Of a DNA stretch of 64,000 bases, positions 61,201-64,000 are shown in pieces. Source of the DNA: Deltaproteobacteria bacterium (GTDB lineage Bacteria > UBA10199 > JACPAL01 > GCA-016699445). The stretch's first letter is position 1; the number at the start of each line of letters is the position of its first letter. A program made the position numbers and the translations under genes. The notes beneath the pieces are model-generated. The model was given only the letters and a program-made list of their open reading frames with translations. It searched no databases and had not been told where the DNA came from. The stretch spans positions 2,478,162 to 2,542,161 of the forward strand of contig CP064976.1 in assembly GCA_016699445.1 (NCBI GenBank). The letters are read 5' to 3'.

Positions 61201-63502
61201 ATGTCAGAAATACGTACGACTCCATTGCCAGGAACTGTGCCAAATCCCACAGTCACACAAACGCCTGCTCAACTTACATCTTTACCTCAAACCCCCCGTG
61301 TAGATGGGTATCAAAATCCTGTATCTGCTACTGTTGATATAGCGAATGGAAATGCCGGAGGTGGGATGTCTGTTTTTGCGCCAACAGGTCCTGGAGTCCC
61401 AAAAATAGCTCCGAGCACTGATTTATTCAGTCAGATCGCTAGAGCTAAGGTCTTAACAGAAATCATATTAAAGAATGAGACTCGTATGGAGACGAGGGAT
61501 AATGCTCTCGTATCCTTGGAAGGGGATAAGTTTCAGGCTCAAAGAGATTATGAAGCATTAGTACGTCAGTGGACTCTAAGTTCTCCTGAAGTTTGCCATG
61601 AGGCTGAACGGGTGAGGGGTTTGTTTGTGAGAGATAAGGTTGAACTAGCTGACTGCCTTAGCGCTGCTGTTCATGCCTATATCGCCTATGCTGCTTATAA
61701 GACAATTATCACTCGATTTGATAAAAATTCTCCTGAAGCTTATCAGGAAATGACGGACTTAGGCAATATGTTGGCTGATCCAACTGTGGGATGGAAGGTT
61801 GTTCAGGTTTTATCCTATTTTTTCTTTTTGATCATTTCTCATGTAACGGATGAAGTGGTGGGCATTGTTAATCAGCTTTTTCAAATTATTGAAAATCCCA
61901 AGACGAATTCAGGCTTTCGTCATTATGCAGGTTTTGCCTATCATAAAATATTTAATCTTCTTTCTGAGCCTCAAAAAAAGCATGAATTAGAAAGAGTGAA
62001 AAAACTTTTAGTACATTCTGATCCAGCCTTGAGAAAGCAAGCCCACGACATGCTAAGACACTTTTACTATGACAAAGCGACTCTGTCTGAGATGGCTGAT
62101 TATTTACTCTCAAAAATAAAAGAAGGTATTCATGAAAATTTTCCGTGGACTTATAGTCGTTTGATAGAGAGTTTTGAAGTGGGTTCTCAAGAAGTCTTGG
62201 CTGGTATTGAATTTTTTCGCTCTGGGCCAGACATCGGAAAACCTATCTATCTACAACTCGTGAAAAAACTTCCTGATGCCCATGAGGAGTTATCAAATGC
62301 TGCTGAGATTGGTAGAGGTGAGATCGCTTCGACTGGAAATAGCAGTCTTTACGAAGTTGTTATTCCAAAACTATCCCCAGAGTTGAGGGATAGAGAACTT
62401 GTCTCTTTGAGAAATATTTGGGCTACTCCATTTCCATCCAATCCGCTCACTGTTGATGCTTATCGACCATCTCTGGAAATTTATGGAAGACAACTTGCAA
62501 AGTGTAAAGACCCTGTCGTCATCGCTCGTGAAGCACAGGCCCTGCGGAAAATCATGGAAGAGCAGAAATGCAGTAGAGTGGATGCTGCTTATTTCATGTA
62601 TCAACACATGATTGCACTATTCCCGGAAGAAATTTTCTTTGAAGAACTTAAAAAGCTCAAAGCTATTTTGAAGAAATATCGATCCGACCAATTTGTGAAA
62701 GAGTCTTTTGATAATTCTTTACGCAATAGATTGAGAGAAATCATTCATCGTCGTCGTTATGGAGAAGGTGATGATCGATTGTTTGCACGGTATGCTGAAA
62801 GCTTTCCTGTCGATGAAAATAATAAAGATAATCTGACTTCAGCTCTTGAAGCCAAACTCGTCAAAGCGCGTAAAGATAAAGAAGAAAGATTCGATGTGCA
62901 TATTAATCTGGAAACAGGAGAAGTCACTTATGGAATTCTTTCGGGATCGATAAAAATATCTTTGTGAAAGAGCAGGGTTTTTATCACTTATCATTAGAAT
63001 CAGCAAGTGAGGTTAAAAGCTTTTAGCAGATGCTGCCAATACATCGGCGCCATTGCCTCCTGGAGCTTATCGGAACATGCCTCAAGAAGTTCAGGGGAAG
63101 AAGCTGGGAAGTCTTTTGGGGATTTTAAAAGCGATTAGAGAGGATGCTGGTAAGAATAAAGAGTCAATTTTGGATTCTGTTCCTGAGGAAGTTGAAGCTG
63201 AAGTTGATGTTGATGTAGCTCTTGCAACCCCTGCAACCCAAGAATCCACATCACGCTTCTCTATGGCTTTTGTTTTGCCTTTTATCGCATGGTTTTTGAC
63301 ATTTGGTCGAAAAGGAAAGTCTCCATTCTCAAAACCTGAAGTTCGGGTTGTTGTTGAGCCTGAATCTCCACGTGTACGTGTAGACAATCGACCTGCTTCT
63401 GCTCCTGCTCCTGCTAATGATGCCAATGATGCCAATGATGCTCATGATGTTGTTGAAGTGGAGCTCGGTAGAGGGGAAGAAAAAGATAAACGTCGAGGTT
63501 AA
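61201..63502 (+). CDS. Orphan helical protein with disordered termini; probably one ~767-aa gene (apparent frameshifts near 62945 and 63022)
   Basis: ORF 61201-62967 can be joined through an open stretch (IDKNIFVKEQGFYHLSLESASEVKSF) to ORF 63053-63502 by adding one base in each of a G3 and a T4 run; otherwise two genes. Confidence 0.55.
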
Positions 63503-64000
63503 ACAACTTTCTTCCACAGACTGACACAGGCTGCTGAGTCGCATGAGCTGAGAGGGCTGTGTTCGGTAAAATTGCCTACAGGTTGCAGTTTTGTTTGTGC
63601 TAAAATCTTTTGAGCGGCTTCCCATTCTTCTTCACCGTGATTGAGCATCCAAAACAGTCCATTATTCTTTAAAAGAGATTCTATTTTTAAGAAAAACTTT
63701 TCCGGATTAAAAAAGGATAAGGGCAAGGACCAGTTGATAGCTGTTTCTGAAAAGACAAAAGGGTAGAAGCAGGTGATGATATCGAAAGAGCCTGTATAAT
63801 CAAAAATATTCTCGATGACGTAGCAAGCTTCTGGGTATGGTTTTAGATAGTAAGAGGCATAATCTTTCCGACTATGTAAATCGTGATAAATGGTGTGACC
63901 ATCCACCTCAAGCCCGACCAATCTCTTGGGTTTGAAAAAAGCATGTAGTGTGTCTACGTAATAAAAGTTTTTGGAACCTACATCTAAAACCTCAGGTAAA
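63499..64000 (-). CDS. Class I SAM-dependent methyltransferase (5' end beyond window)
   Basis: The frame stays open to the window edge and reads LPEVLDVGSKNFYY (motif I), then LVGLEVD (motif II) and FDIITCFYP. Confidence 0.75.
   Translation of the reverse strand, partial: LPEVLDVGSKNFYYVDTLHAFFKPKRLVGLEVDGHTIYHDLHSRKDYASYYLKPYPEACYVIENIFDYTGSFDIITCFYPFVFSETAINWSLPLSFFNPEKFFLKIESLLKNNGLFWMLNHGEEEWEAAQKILAQTKLQPVGNFTEHSPLSSCDSAACVSLWKKVV

Overview
Bacterial chromosomal window. Gene content (EF-G paralog type, alr-mlaEFD order, carA/purH wording) suggests a deltaproteobacterium-like organism; this is an inference. In order, it holds: an Aer-like receptor divergent from a complete chemosensory operon (cheA-cheW-3 MCP-cheY-cheY-cheB-cheR-cheX-cheY-[CheC-like+CBS fusion]); murJ; a secreted Cys-rich repeat protein; greB; a TPP-riboswitch thiSGHC operon; an 11-aa-repeat coiled-coil gene; a large secreted beta-propeller/Calx-beta protein; alr-mlaEFD-purH-pheA-tyrA-aroA; vapBC; pyrB-pyrC-carA-carB; a ~2,000-aa orphan; a stand-alone fusA; an MNT-HEPN pair; PilZ, AsmA, L,D-transpeptidase, MMPL, yacG, argD; orphans; and a partial methyltransferase. 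About two dozen single-base frameshifts, nearly all in homopolymer runs, split many genes and look like long-read consensus errors, so I rejoined the ORFs by hand. The most striking signal is two families of palindromic REP-like repeats that sit between genes and also inside the reading frames of housekeeping enzymes (carA, purH twice, tyrA, argD); one copy supplies the stop codon of thiG. No tRNA, rRNA, CRISPR array or transposase was seen.
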